Shown here: in pieces, positions 23,947 through 34,675 of the stretch | Position numbering within the stretch: position 1 is the stretch's first letter | Layout: each line of letters opens with the position of its first letter | Assembly (NCBI GenBank): GCA_963824385.1 | Contig: CAWGPD010000001.1 | Span: 64,001 to 128,000, forward strand | Direction of reading: 5' to 3' | Origin: an uncultured Nitrososphaerota archaeon | GTDB taxonomy: Archaea > Thermoproteota > Nitrososphaeria > Nitrososphaerales > Nitrosopumilaceae | DNA length: 64,000 nucleotides | Notes under the pieces: model-generated | The model's input: only the letters and a program-made list of their open reading frames with translations | Told to the model about the DNA's origin: nothing | Databases searched by the model: none | Program-made: the position numbers and the translations under genes

Positions 23947-25145
23947 AACTAAAATACCCAAAGAATGGCAAATTTGGAGAATTTGGAGGGAGATACATTC
24001 CTGAAACCCTAGTTCCCGCAGTAGAGGAACTAGAAGAGGCATATCTAAAGTACAAAAACGATACAGAGTTTAAGAAAGAATTACGATATTACCTAACACA
24101 GTATGCCGGAAGGCCTACACCTCTTTATCTTGCAAAAAACCTAACAGAGTTTGCTGGTGGGGCAAAAATATATCTCAAAAGAGAGGATTTGTTGCACGGT
24201 GGAGCCCACAAGATTAACAACACTCTAGGTCAGGGACTGCTTGCAAAGAGAATGAAAAAAAGAGAATCATTGCAGAAACTGGTGCAGGACAGCATGGGGT
24301 TGCAACTGCCATGGCATGTTCTGCATTAGGACTTAATGGTGAAGTATACATGGGCTACAAAGATACTCAGAGACAAAAGCTAAATGTATTTAGAATGAAT
24401 TTACTTGGTTCCAAGGTACACCCAGTTAAAGAAGGAACTCAGACCCTCAAGGATGCAATCAATGAAGTCTATACGTGATTGGATTACAAATGTAAAAACA
24501 ACCTACTATCTTTTAGGATCAGCAGTTGGCCCTCATCCATACCCAGTAATGGTAAGAGACTTTCAATCAGTCATAGGAAATGAAATTCTTGTACAGATGA
24601 AGGAATTAGAAAAAAAATCTCCAGATTCTGTCGTGGCATGTGTAGGCGGAGGCTCAAATGCAATAGGAACTTTTTATCCATTAATTGATGAAGATACCAA
24701 GATGTTTGGAATTGAAGCTGGTGGAGAGGGAATCAAAAGTGGTCATCACTCTGCAACACTAGTAGGCGGTTCAAAAGGAATTCTCCATGGCATGCTTACA
24801 TATCTTTTACAAGACAAAGAGGGACAAATTAGTGAGACGCATAGCATATCTGCAGGATTAGACTATCCAGGAGTTGGACCAGAGCATTCGTATCTAAAAG
24901 ATGCAAAGAGAGTAAAGTATGATGCAGTAAATGACAAGGAAGCAGTAGAGGCATTTCTTTTACTTTCAAAACATGAAGGAATCATACCGGCTCTTGAGTC
25001 AGCACATGCAATTGCATATGCAATAAAAATTGCAAAAAATATGCCAAAGAGTGAGAGTATCGTTGTAACATTATCAGGCAGGGGAGACAAAGATGTAGAA
25101 GAAGTTGGGAGATATTTGAGTAAAAATGTCAAGAATAAAAAGTAA
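23943..25145 (+). CDS. trpB: Tryptophan synthase beta chain (apparent frameshifts at ~24260 and ~24468)
   Basis: [16 protein letters not shown] (middle frame), [26 protein letters not shown]. Confidence 0.93.
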
Positions 25146-25932
25146 ATTTCAATATCTCAAGTCCAGAAACCAAAAGGCCTTGATTGCATATGTAATGGCA
25201 GGATTTCCAAATGAGAAAGGTACTCTATCTGCAGTTCGCGGATTAGTAAAGGGAGGAGCGGACATAATAGAACTTGGAATGCCATTTTCAGATCCTTTAG
25301 CAGATGGACCTGTAATTCAAAATGCAGGCTTTCATGCATTGCAAAAAGGAATGAATTTTGAAAAGTTTCTTACCTTGGTGAAAAAAATTCGTAAAGAAAC
25401 AGACATTCCACTTGTTTTGATGACATACACAAATCTCCTTTATAGACATGGGTATGAGAAATTCATATCCATTGTAAAAAAGGCAGGAATTGACGGATTG
25501 ATATTACCTGACATGTCAGTTGATGAATCAAAGGAATTCCTCCAAGCCGCAAAGAAACATGAGATGGATACAATATTTTTAATCTCACCAAATACATCAC
25601 CTGAGAGAATCAGGAAGATAGCAGCGGTTTCATCAGGTTTTCTATATCTAGTGTCAGTATTTGGAACCACAGGAGGTCAACAACAATTCCAAGATTATAC
25701 CACACGTGCAATTAAGAATGCAAAAAAGATACTTGATAGAAAGATTCCACTTGGAGTAGGATTCGGAGTAAGCAATCCAGATCAGGCAAGATTCATAATA
25801 AAATCTGGTGCTGATGCAATAATTGTGGGAAGTGCATTTTTACGAGTGATAGAAAATTCAGCGTCAGAAAAGATTGAAAATAAAATTGAATCTTTTACAA
25901 AGAGCCTAAAGAAATCCACAATTGCAGAATAA
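25126..25932 (+). CDS. trpA: Tryptophan synthase alpha chain
   Basis: [26 protein letters not shown]. Confidence 0.96.
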   Translation: MSRIKSKFQYLKSRNQKALIAYVMAGFPNEKGTLSAVRGLVKGGADIIELGMPFSDPLADGPVIQNAGFHALQKGMNFEKFLTLVKKIRKETDIPLVLMTYTNLLYRHGYEKFISIVKKAGIDGLILPDMSVDESKEFLQAAKKHEMDTIFLISPNTSPERIRKIAAVSSGFLYLVSVFGTTGGQQQFQDYTTRAIKNAKKILDRKIPLGVGFGVSNPDQARFIIKSGADAIIVGSAFLRVIENSASEKIENKIESFTKSLKKSTIAE

Positions 25933-25957
25933 GAAATAAAAAGACCTCCAATCCATC

Positions 25958-27575
25958 ATGGATATGCAGACTGAATCTACAAAATACATTTTCGTAACTG
26001 GAGGAGTCATGTCTGGCCTTGGAAAAGGAGTAGTTTCATCATCTATTGCAAAGTTACTTCAGACTTTCTAATCAAAAAGTCTCTTGTGTGAAATTTGATC
26101 CATATCTGAACTATGATGCAGGAACAATGAACCCCATTGCTCATGGCGAAGTCTTTGTCACAGAAGATGGCGGAGAGTGCGACATGGACATAGGAAATTA
26201 TGAAAGATTTCTCAATCAGAACATACCAAGAACTCATAATATTACAACAGCCCAGATTTATTCAAGTGTAATAGAGGCAGAGAGACGCGGAGAGTATCTA
26301 GGAGCTTGCGTACAGATAATTCCACATGTAACAGATGCAATCAAAGACAGGATAAGAAAGATAGTCAAAATTGAGGGACTGGATATGCTGGTAATAGAAT
26401 GCGGTGGAACAGTAGGTGATATTGAAAGTTTACCGTTTCTTGAAGCATTAAGACAGATGAGATTAGAGGAAGGACCTGAAAATGTAATCTTTGTACATGT
26501 AACTCTAGCACCTTCTCTTGATGTAGTGGGAGAGCAAAAAACAAAACCTACTCAACATAGTGTTCAGGAACTACGAAGAATTGGTATCCAACCAGATTTA
26601 CTTGCAGTCAGATGTACAAGACCGCTTGAGACTGCAGCAAGAAAGAAGATTTCATTATTTTCAAACGTTACTGAGCGTGATGTATTTTCATGTCATGATG
26701 CAGAATCAATTCTTTTGGTTCCTCAGATGCTATATGATCAAGGAATCATCGATGTAATATTCAAGAAATTTGGAAAAGTTGGGTTAGTTAACACTTCTGT
26801 AAACTGGGACAAGTGGAATGCAATCATAAATTCATTTCAAAATACGAAAGAGTCAGTCAAAATTGCAATGGTTGGAAAATATGTTAAACTTGCAGATAGT
26901 TATGTAAGTGTAAATCATGCCCTAAAACACGCTGGTGCAAAGATTGGTAAAAATGTAGTAATTGACTGGATCGATTCTGAAGAATTAAACGGAGATGTAA
27001 ACAAACTGGCATCATATAATGGCATAATCGTCCCAGGAGGTTTTGGAGATAGGGGTTCAGAGGGAATCATCAGTACGGCAAACTATGCACGAGAGAAAAA
27101 TATTCCATACCTTGGAATCTGTTTTGGTTTTCAGTTGGCGGCAGTAGCGTTTGGAAGATATGTATGTGGATTGACAAACGCAAATTCTACAGAAATATCA
27201 CCCAATACAGAAAATCCAATAATTGATCTTCTGCCAGAACAAAAATCAATTGAGAACAAGGGAGGCTCATTACGTCTTGGAGCGCATGATATTACAGTTG
27301 AAGAAAACACACTAGCATTCAAGATTTACAAATCTAATAAAATACAAAAAAGACATAGGCATAGATTTGAATTTAATCAAAAATACTTGGAGACGTTTTC
27401 CTCAAAGGGCATGAAGTTTTCAGGGTACAGTGACAGCAAAAAACGAATGGAAGTATTAGAGATTCCCATGCACAGATTCTACCTAGGAGTTCAGTATCAC
27501 CCAGAGTTTAGCAGCAGACCTGGTCATCCAGAAGAATCATTTGAGGCATTCATCAGGGCATCTGCCAACGCCTAA
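25958..27575 (+). CDS. pyrG: CTP synthase (apparent frameshift at ~26063)
   Basis: The N-terminus [16 protein letters not shown] lies in another frame; [26 protein letters not shown]. Confidence 0.95.
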
Positions 27576-27578
27576 GAA

Positions 27579-28571
27579 TTATTTTGGAATTTCATATATT
27601 CTCTGACGTGTATCACGGAGTGAGACTCTACGTTTGACATATCCTTTCTCAAGTAGGTGACTCAGTGCAAGTCTAACAGTCCTGTCAGGAAGTAGTGTCT
27701 TTTCAGCAAGTTCCTTTTGGGTAAGAGAGCCTTCGTATTCAAGTGTCTTTAGTAGCAACTTGGAGCTTGGAGGCATATTCAACAATTCATCTGCAAGTTT
27801 TACTTTTTTGGCAAGAGCCGAGACAGTAGTAGAGTCCTTTTTCATTCTAATCACATTTGCAGGTTGGGGAAACTTTGTACAAGTCACATTCTTGTCAACT
27901 TTGAATCTGTCTTTTCCATCAACTACAACTTCACATCTCAAACTAGATGATATGTCATCTATTTCGATCAAAGTATCCTCAGGAACTATCAGAGGGCGTC
28001 TTGTAATATCAAGCGAGTTTACCGATACAATACAGAAAACTTTAGAATTTTGATATATTGCAGGACCGCCTGCAGACATGGAGTATGCAGATGAACCAAT
28101 AGGAGTCGAGATAATCAAACCATCACTGCTATCATGCCAAAGTTCTTCTCCATTTACCCGTAAGACGTGTTCAACAAGTGTTGCACTCTTTGAAGAAAAT
28201 ATTGCAACATCGTTTAATGCTGGGTAGATTGCCTTGTCATCAATTTTTACACCGACCCTTGGAAGAGCTTCAATCGAAAAATCACCTTTTTTCAACCTGT
28301 TAAGATAAAGTGGAAATTGTTTAAGATCAGTCTGGGCTAAAAATCCGCTTGATTCGTACTCGTTTATACCAAGTACCGGGATTGTCGAGTTTGTAAAATG
28401 ATGGAAATATGTTCGAACTCCTCGGTCTCCACCTGTTACAATGACATAGTCAATGTCTTTTCCTAGAGGTTTTTTTCCATGGGCTATAGATTCAATCCCA
28501 TGACTTTCAAGTGAAAGTTTGAGAGATTTTACTGTCTGTTCATGATCTTGGCTAAATATGGCAACTTTCAC
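27579..28571 (-). CDS. NAD kinase-like protein fused to a C-terminal winged HTH
   Basis: GGD, NDV, DGLIISTPIGSSAYSMSAGG; C-terminal LTQKELAEKTLLPDRTVRLAL HTH. Confidence 0.85.
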   Translation of the reverse strand: MKVAIFSQDHEQTVKSLKLSLESHGIESIAHGKKPLGKDIDYVIVTGGDRGVRTYFHHFTNSTIPVLGINEYESSGFLAQTDLKQFPLYLNRLKKGDFSIEALPRVGVKIDDKAIYPALNDVAIFSSKSATLVEHVLRVNGEELWHDSSDGLIISTPIGSSAYSMSAGGPAIYQNSKVFCIVSVNSLDITRRPLIVPEDTLIEIDDISSSLRCEVVVDGKDRFKVDKNVTCTKFPQPANVIRMKKDSTTVSALAKKVKLADELLNMPPSSKLLLKTLEYEGSLTQKELAEKTLLPDRTVRLALSHLLEKGYVKRRVSLRDTRQRIYEIPK

Positions 28572-28602
28572 AGGTTTGATTTATGCCGCACACAATAAAA
28601 GC

Positions 28603-29475
28603 CTAGACACTTGAGAATTGCATTAAATTGTAAAGATATGCTGCATTTCTCTCTGTATCTCCAGCGATTGGAACTTTTCCAAGTCCAGTAGCTTTTGTTT
28701 CAAGAGCTGCTTGTGCTGCCCCTACTGCAAAACAGATTGCCCAAATAGGATCTTTTTCTTTCAAATATGTACAAGTGAATGCTGCACAAAATATGTCACC
28801 AACCCCAGTCGTATCACCTATTTCCAGATTTGGAATTTTTAAGTGATACATCCTATCTTTTGTGAGCATCGTGATGTTTTGTTTGTTAGTATAAAGTACA
28901 TGTTTGACACCTTTCTTTTGCAAAGCAATCATTGCTTCTTTTTCTTTTAAACCCGTAAGATAAAATGCCTCATCAGGATCTGTTTTAATTGCAGTTATTC
29001 CCGTTAAGTCAAGCAGTGTTTTTTCCAAAAAGACTTTGCCAGTATCATCCACTCGACGGAGATATCCTTGAGGATCAAGTAATGTAAAATCAAAGTTTTC
29101 TTTTATTGCATCTAGCGTGTCTTCAGAAACTTCATCAAATACAGGACTTACAATTGCAGCATCGGCATCAGATTTTATCGATTCTATTGGATCACATTTT
29201 GTTTTAAGATAGAGTTCACGTTCTATTCCAAATATTTTCAATAAGAATCTAGTACTAGGAGTATCAACGATTGAATTCTGAGAAAGAAAAATTCCTTTTT
29301 TTTCAAGTTCAGTTCTAAATGAAAAATCTTTTCCCACTTTGGTATGAAGATCAATTTCAAACTTCATATTTTTTGCAGTTAGACTGCAATAACATGCAGG
29401 ACCACCAGCAGTTTCAACAATATTATTTTGAGATATCTCGTCTATTGTGCAATGAGAGAAAATTGCAATCTTCAT
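28603..29475 (-). CDS. PfkB-family carbohydrate kinase
   Basis: AGGPACY, DPQG, DTTGVGDIF. Confidence 0.88.
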   Translation of the reverse strand: MKIAIFSHCTIDEISQNNIVETAGGPACYCSLTAKNMKFEIDLHTKVGKDFSFRTELEKKGIFLSQNSIVDTPSTRFLLKIFGIERELYLKTKCDPIESIKSDADAAIVSPVFDEVSEDTLDAIKENFDFTLLDPQGYLRRVDDTGKVFLEKTLLDLTGITAIKTDPDEAFYLTGLKEKEAMIALQKKGVKHVLYTNKQNITMLTKDRMYHLKIPNLEIGDTTGVGDIFCAAFTCTYLKEKDPIWAICFAVGAAQAALETKATGLGKVPIAGDTERNAAYLYNLMQFSSV

Positions 29476-29812
29476 TTAATTTAATGCCGATAACCTTTCC
29501 ATTTAGTCCTTTTTCTGACCCTTTAGACAGGATTGACAGATTATCTTGCCTTTTACTACAACTATATCCACGTTAGAGGCAAGACAGACATGACAGAGGC
29601 CACGCATGTTGTTTTTAGAATCAATATGAAATTTAAATTTTCTACGATATCAGAATTCAATAATCTCTCAATTTCTCACAATCGCCTCAAAGAAATAGAA
29701 TGGAAAACTCTAAACAAGTAAGATAGAGATCCAAGACTTTGTCCGTCAGATCATAAACATGGTAAGAAAGCGGTTCAAATATCGTTATAAAGAGGAGCCT
29801 TACAGGTAAAAC

Positions 29813-30100
29813 ATGCCACTAAAGCGTGCTAGTCGTGGAAGACAGAAGGGAGGAAAAGGTTCCACTGGACGTATTCAATGCACTAATTGCGGTGCTACAG
29901 TTCCACGAGACAAGGCAAAGAAAGTAACATCAAGACTAAACCTAGTAGAACATACTTTGGCAAAAGAGTTAAGAGCTCAAGGGGCATACATTGCATCACC
30001 TACAGTACTCAAATGGTATTGTATTTCATGTGCAATACACTTTGGAATTTTAAAAATTAGATCAGCAGAGTCAAGACGTCAGACTGGCAGACTGAGATAG
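29813..30100 (+). CDS. rps26e: 30S ribosomal protein S26e
   Basis: MPLKRASRGR, CTNCG..VPRDKA, YCISCAIH. Confidence 0.95.
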   Translation: MPLKRASRGRQKGGKGSTGRIQCTNCGATVPRDKAKKVTSRLNLVEHTLAKELRAQGAYIASPTVLKWYCISCAIHFGILKIRSAESRRQTGRLR

Positions 30101-30101
30101 T

Positions 30102-30674
30102 CTAATCTTTTATTCCGTGAGCAGTTGTTATTATTCTCTGAACAAATGTGATTCCTGCAATTATTATGACAATTATTACTGCATAATTTAGAAAACCAAT
30201 CATTCCAATTATTGCAATTACAAGTAATCTTTCTGCACGTTCTCCTATGCCTATTCCTTGAAGTTGAACTCCAAGAGATTCTGCTCTTGCTCTAGTATAA
30301 CTAACAAGTAAAGAAAGTCCTATTGCCAACAATACAAGATACCCTTGGGAATATCCTCCAACTAAGATTCCAAGAAATATTGCAACTTCTGCAATTTTAT
30401 CAAAAACAGAATCAAGAAATGCCCCCTTTTTAGAAGTCTTTCCAGTTATACGTGCAACTTGTCCATCAACAATATCAAAAAATCCTGAAACAAGCAACAA
30501 GATTCCTCCAAGGATAAAAGAATATTCAAGATGAATGGCATAAATAATTGCAGACGCAAATGCAAAACAGAGTCCAACTGCAGTCCAGACATTTGCAGAC
30601 AATCCAGTAGATGCAAAAACCTTGCCAATATTCTGAAGGGTCGGCTTTAGGCTCTCTCTGAAGTTGTTAAGCAT
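30102..30674 (-). CDS. CDP-alcohol phosphatidyltransferase (archaetidylinositol phosphate synthase-like)
   Basis: DIVDGQVAR...GAFLDSVFD signature; SYTRARAE, ERAER. Confidence 0.9.
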   Translation of the reverse strand: MLNNFRESLKPTLQNIGKVFASTGLSANVWTAVGLCFAFASAIIYAIHLEYSFILGGILLLVSGFFDIVDGQVARITGKTSKKGAFLDSVFDKIAEVAIFLGILVGGYSQGYLVLLAIGLSLLVSYTRARAESLGVQLQGIGIGERAERLLVIAIIGMIGFLNYAVIIVIIIAGITFVQRIITTAHGIKD

Positions 30675-30794
30675 TTGATACTAGCCATCTGACAATAATT
30701 TATACCATATATCTTAGAGCATGTCTATCAAAATATGTTCAGATTTGAATAAAATATTAAAAAATCTGATATAATAGGACGTTTTAGAACTCTT

Positions 30795-31007
30795 GTGGGC
30801 CTAATAGCAAAAGGTGCAAAATGCAGTGTTACAGGCTGTGATGAAGCCGGGGTTCGTTCACTTACTGCCTCAAAGGTAGAAGGTACTGGAGTTGACATTC
30901 CACGGGGTTTGAAAAAGGCCATTCTTTGCAAAGAACACTACAAGGAATGGAAGAAAGCAACAAAGGAAGACAGAGATACAGAACAAGCTAGATTTAGTAG
31001 ATTCTAG
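30795..31007 (+). CDS. Small conserved Zn-binding protein
   Basis: CSVTGC...LCKEHYKEWKK. Confidence 0.7.
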   Translation: MGLIAKGAKCSVTGCDEAGVRSLTASKVEGTGVDIPRGLKKAILCKEHYKEWKKATKEDRDTEQARFSRF

Positions 31008-31099
31008 ACAATTAGCAGCCATTTTGAAGGTACTTTTTGTATCATAAATTTCCATGCCAAAATAATTTGAAGAAAAGTATTGCTCACAAATATTAGGAA

Positions 31100-32164
31100 T
31101 TAGCGCTTTTTAGCAAAATATGCTTTAGAAAGATCATCATAATACTTGTTCAATTTCTTGTACAATCGCTTTGGTTTTCTGGGTTTTTCATTACTTAGTG
31201 CATAAAGACAAAGTATTGGAAATGCTATAGTTGCATCAGTGTAAACCATTATCACATCTTCATGAGCATCTTTTACTTTACCCCAGCTCTTTCCTTCTTG
31301 CAAGGTTGCACCAGATAGTCCTCCAGTATCAGGTCTTGCATCTGTGATTTGTATGATATAATTTTGACCGCCATGGCCAAGACCAAGTATTTGATCAAGT
31401 AATGGGCCTGTTTGCTGTGCAGTATTTTTTGGCACACCTCCACCCAATTCAACTATTCCCGATTTCTTGGAATTATATAAAATTGCAGCTTGTTCTATTA
31501 TTTCTCTTACAAAGTCAAGACTATGAATTTTATTTTCTAGTCTTAGAGGAGCCAAGTCCAATGCAAGTGAGGAGTCTTTCAGAGTGGACACATAGACTGG
31601 AACATCATAATCATATGCAGTTACAACAAAACTACGATCCGGATTCTTAGAATGCGCTTTAGAATATTTTCCCATCGCATTACAAAATTCAGCAGTGGTG
31701 AACGGTTTATCAAGCAGATCTTTTGTAAACATTTTTTGTACAATCTTGTCTTCAGCTTTGAGTGTCTCCTCACCCTTGATGTATACGTCACGAATTCGGA
31801 CAATATCCTTTGCATATAGTATCATATCATCTACCTCAAAGTGTCCTTGTTTTACAGGAAGATTCCACGCAAAATGATCTTCATGATATACATTTGCACC
31901 CGTAGAAACTATCCAGTCAACAAAACCTCGTTCAATAAGAGATTTGAATAACCCTCCAAAACCAACAGGGGTCATTGCACCTGCTATGGTAAGACAGATA
32001 GTAGCATCATCTTCAATCATTTTACAGTATAATTTTGCCGCATCACCAAGTTGTCGTGCGTTGTAACCCGTACTAGCAAATATGTCCACTAGGTCATCTA
32101 TCCCCATATCGGGCTTGATCTTAAGGTGTGGGATGTCTTTTCCTTTAAAATTATGATGGTCCAC
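31100..32164 (-). CDS. Deoxyhypusine synthase-family protein
   Basis: STGAN, GGGVPKN, DTGGLSGATLQEGKSWGK, DATIAFP. Confidence 0.92.
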   Translation of the reverse strand: MDHHNFKGKDIPHLKIKPDMGIDDLVDIFASTGYNARQLGDAAKLYCKMIEDDATICLTIAGAMTPVGFGGLFKSLIERGFVDWIVSTGANVYHEDHFAWNLPVKQGHFEVDDMILYAKDIVRIRDVYIKGEETLKAEDKIVQKMFTKDLLDKPFTTAEFCNAMGKYSKAHSKNPDRSFVVTAYDYDVPVYVSTLKDSSLALDLAPLRLENKIHSLDFVREIIEQAAILYNSKKSGIVELGGGVPKNTAQQTGPLLDQILGLGHGGQNYIIQITDARPDTGGLSGATLQEGKSWGKVKDAHEDVIMVYTDATIAFPILCLYALSNEKPRKPKRLYKKLNKYYDDLSKAYFAKKR

Positions 32165-32263
32165 GAACGACTAACTTATTTTTGGGCTAAATAAATACTT
32201 GTAAGGGTTTTACCAAAATAATAATTCAAGACATATGCAGTACAAAAAATAAAAAGTAGAAAC

Positions 32264-32383
32264 CTATTCAGGTAGTTCTACTTCTCTCGTTTCGTGATGG
32301 GAGATTTCTTTATGCATAACAACATGAGACTTTTCTTTGAAAGTCAGATTACATCTGTAACAATGCCATGCTGTCATGCTCAT
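32264..32383 (-). CDS. C2H2-type zinc-finger microprotein (39 aa)
   Basis: Manual translation MSMTAWHCYRCNLTFKEKSHVVMHKEISHHETREVELPE: CxxC-x3-F-x8-H-x4/5-H. Confidence 0.7.
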   Translation of the reverse strand: MSMTAWHCYRCNLTFKEKSHVVMHKEISHHETREVELPE

Positions 32384-32568
32384 GTCATCTATAACGTATT
32401 TTCAATATTTAAGATGTGTGTACAATTCGTTCATTTGATAACAACCTAAATTATTTTGGAAAAATCCTCAAGCGAGTTACAATGGCACATAATCAGAGAG
32501 CATCAAATCAAGAAAAAACAGGTTGTTTGCCACATAGTATTTTAAGAAGAAACCCAACCTTGAATCAG

Positions 32569-34340
32569 ATGCAAGTTTTCAAAGAGGAAAAATGGGTTCT
32601 AAGTGAACTTGTAAAAGATTCAGATTCCCCACAGTTCACTAAGCGTCTTAATGCCATACAGTTAGATGTTAAAAATTTTGAAAAGAACAAGAAAATTCTT
32701 AAACCTACGTTAAATGAAAAAAAATTCATTTCAATGCTTCACACTTTGGAAAAGATAACAGAAGATTTTAGCAGTGTCTCAGGATATGCTTCTCTAGAGT
32801 ATTCGGCAGATACACAATCGGACAAGGCAACCGCATTGCTTTCAAAGATGCGAAAATTAGGAGCACAGTTAGAGAATCAGACATTATTTTTTGATCAATG
32901 GTGGAAGAAACAACTTGATGAGAAAAATGCTCAAAGACTAATGAAAACTGCAGGAGAATTACACGAATTTTTACGATATAAAAGATTACTTGCAAAATAT
33001 TCCCTTACTGAACCTGAAGAGAGAATAATCAATACGCTAGATGTTACAGGCCACTCAGCCCTTGTAAAGATCTATGACAAGATAACAAATGCGTTTGTGT
33101 TTGAAGTAAAGATAGACGGCAAGATAAAGAAATACAATAGAGAGGAATTATCAGTTCTAATTCGAAACCCAAAACCAAGAACAAGGGAGATTGCATACAA
33201 GGCATTATTATCAGAATTTGATAGAAACAAGGGAGTTCTAGGAGAAATTTATCAAAACATAGTTTCAAACTGGAAAGATGAGTGCATTCAGATACGAGGA
33301 TACACATCCCCAATATCAGTTCGGAACATAGGAAATGATGTAGATGACAAGACCGTAGATGCACTTCTTTCAGTTTGTAAGAAAAACTCGGATGTATTCC
33401 GAAAGTTCTTTTTGCAAAAAGCACGCATCTTAAAAATGAAAAAATTACGCAGGTATGATATTTATGCACCAATTCAGAAAAAGGAAGAAAAAATATACAG
33501 CTATGACAAAGCAGTAAAATTAGTTCTTGAGACTCTAAATGATTTCAGTCCAAAACTAAGCGAGTATGCCAAGAGAGTATTTGTCCAAAGACATGTGGAT
33601 TCTACTATCAGACCAGGAAAGAGAAGCGGTGCCTTTTGCAGTACAATATCCCCAAAGATAACACCATATGTCATGATAAATTTCAAGGGTAGAACTAATG
33701 ATGTCTTTACTTTGGCGCATGAGATTGGTCATGCAATACACAGCATAGCAGCATCGGATAAATCAATATTCATATCAGAAGCACCCCTGCCACTAGTCAG
33801 ACAGCTTCAACATTTTCTGAAATGCTTTTGTTCAACAAGATTCTTGACCAGATATCAGATGAAGAGCAACAATCTAGACTCATGGAACACTTGGATGACT
33901 TGTATGCAACAGTAGGACGACAGGCATACTTTACACTATTTGAGATAGCAGCACATGAAAAGATTGGGAATGGGGCAATGGTGCAAGACATAACATCAGA
34001 ATACATGAAGACGTTAAAAGATCAGTTTGGTAACTCGGTGGATATTACTCCAGACTTTGGAACCGAATGGACGTGTATTCCACACTTTTACCATTCACCA
34101 TTTTACTGTTATTCCTACTCTTTTGGAAATCTGTTATCATTATCACTATACCAGCGATACAGAAAAGAAGGAAGATCGTTTGCTTCCACATATGTAGACA
34201 TTTTAGCTGCGGGCGGTTCAAAAAAACCAGAGGACTTACTCAATGAACATGGAATAGACATAACATCAGAAAGTTTCTGGCAAGAAGGTTTTGAATATAT
34301 TAGAAATCAAACACAGCGACTTGGAAAAGTAATTAATTAA
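32569..34340 (+). CDS. pepF: M3-family oligoendopeptidase F (apparent frameshift at ~33797)
   Basis: GKRSGAF, HEIGHAIH, ETASTFSE in the second frame, IPHFYHSPFYCYSYSFG. Confidence 0.9.
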
Positions 34341-34413
34341 AGCGCCTGGCAGTCAAGCGCCCCCAACTGCCAGGCAATGTTCCCCTACGGTTTGAACCGA
34401 TGTCAAGGACATT
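34341..34413. ncRNA. Candidate structured small RNA (two adjacent hairpins)
   Basis: GCCTGGCAGT(34344-53)/ACTGCCAGGC(34366-75) perfect stem, followed by an AATGTTCC...GGACATT stem with inner CGGTT/AACCG; GC-rich island in AT-rich DNA. Confidence 0.45.
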
Positions 34414-34466
34414 AAACACGCATTATAATTTAAACCTAGAGTTTAGATCGAGAACTGTTTTATTTC

Positions 34467-34643
34467 ATGGGAACCATTACTGCACGAGTGAAATATCTAA
34501 GATGCTGTAATAGAGAATCAGAGTATTTGATTACTTATGACTGCGGACCTGATCCACAACAAACCATGCTAGTCTGCAAGTATCATTACAAGGAAGAACC
34601 TTTTCAGAGATTTGCAGTAAAGATAGAAAAACTACGAGAGTAA
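34467..34643 (+). CDS. Cys/His-containing microprotein (58 aa)
   Basis: Manual translation MGTITARVKYLRCCNRESEYLITYDCGPDPQQTMLVCKYHYKEEPFQRFAVKIEKLRE. Confidence 0.6.
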   Translation: MGTITARVKYLRCCNRESEYLITYDCGPDPQQTMLVCKYHYKEEPFQRFAVKIEKLRE

Positions 34644-34675
34644 ACTTAATAGTTCGATTTCAAAAGTTGCTTTAA

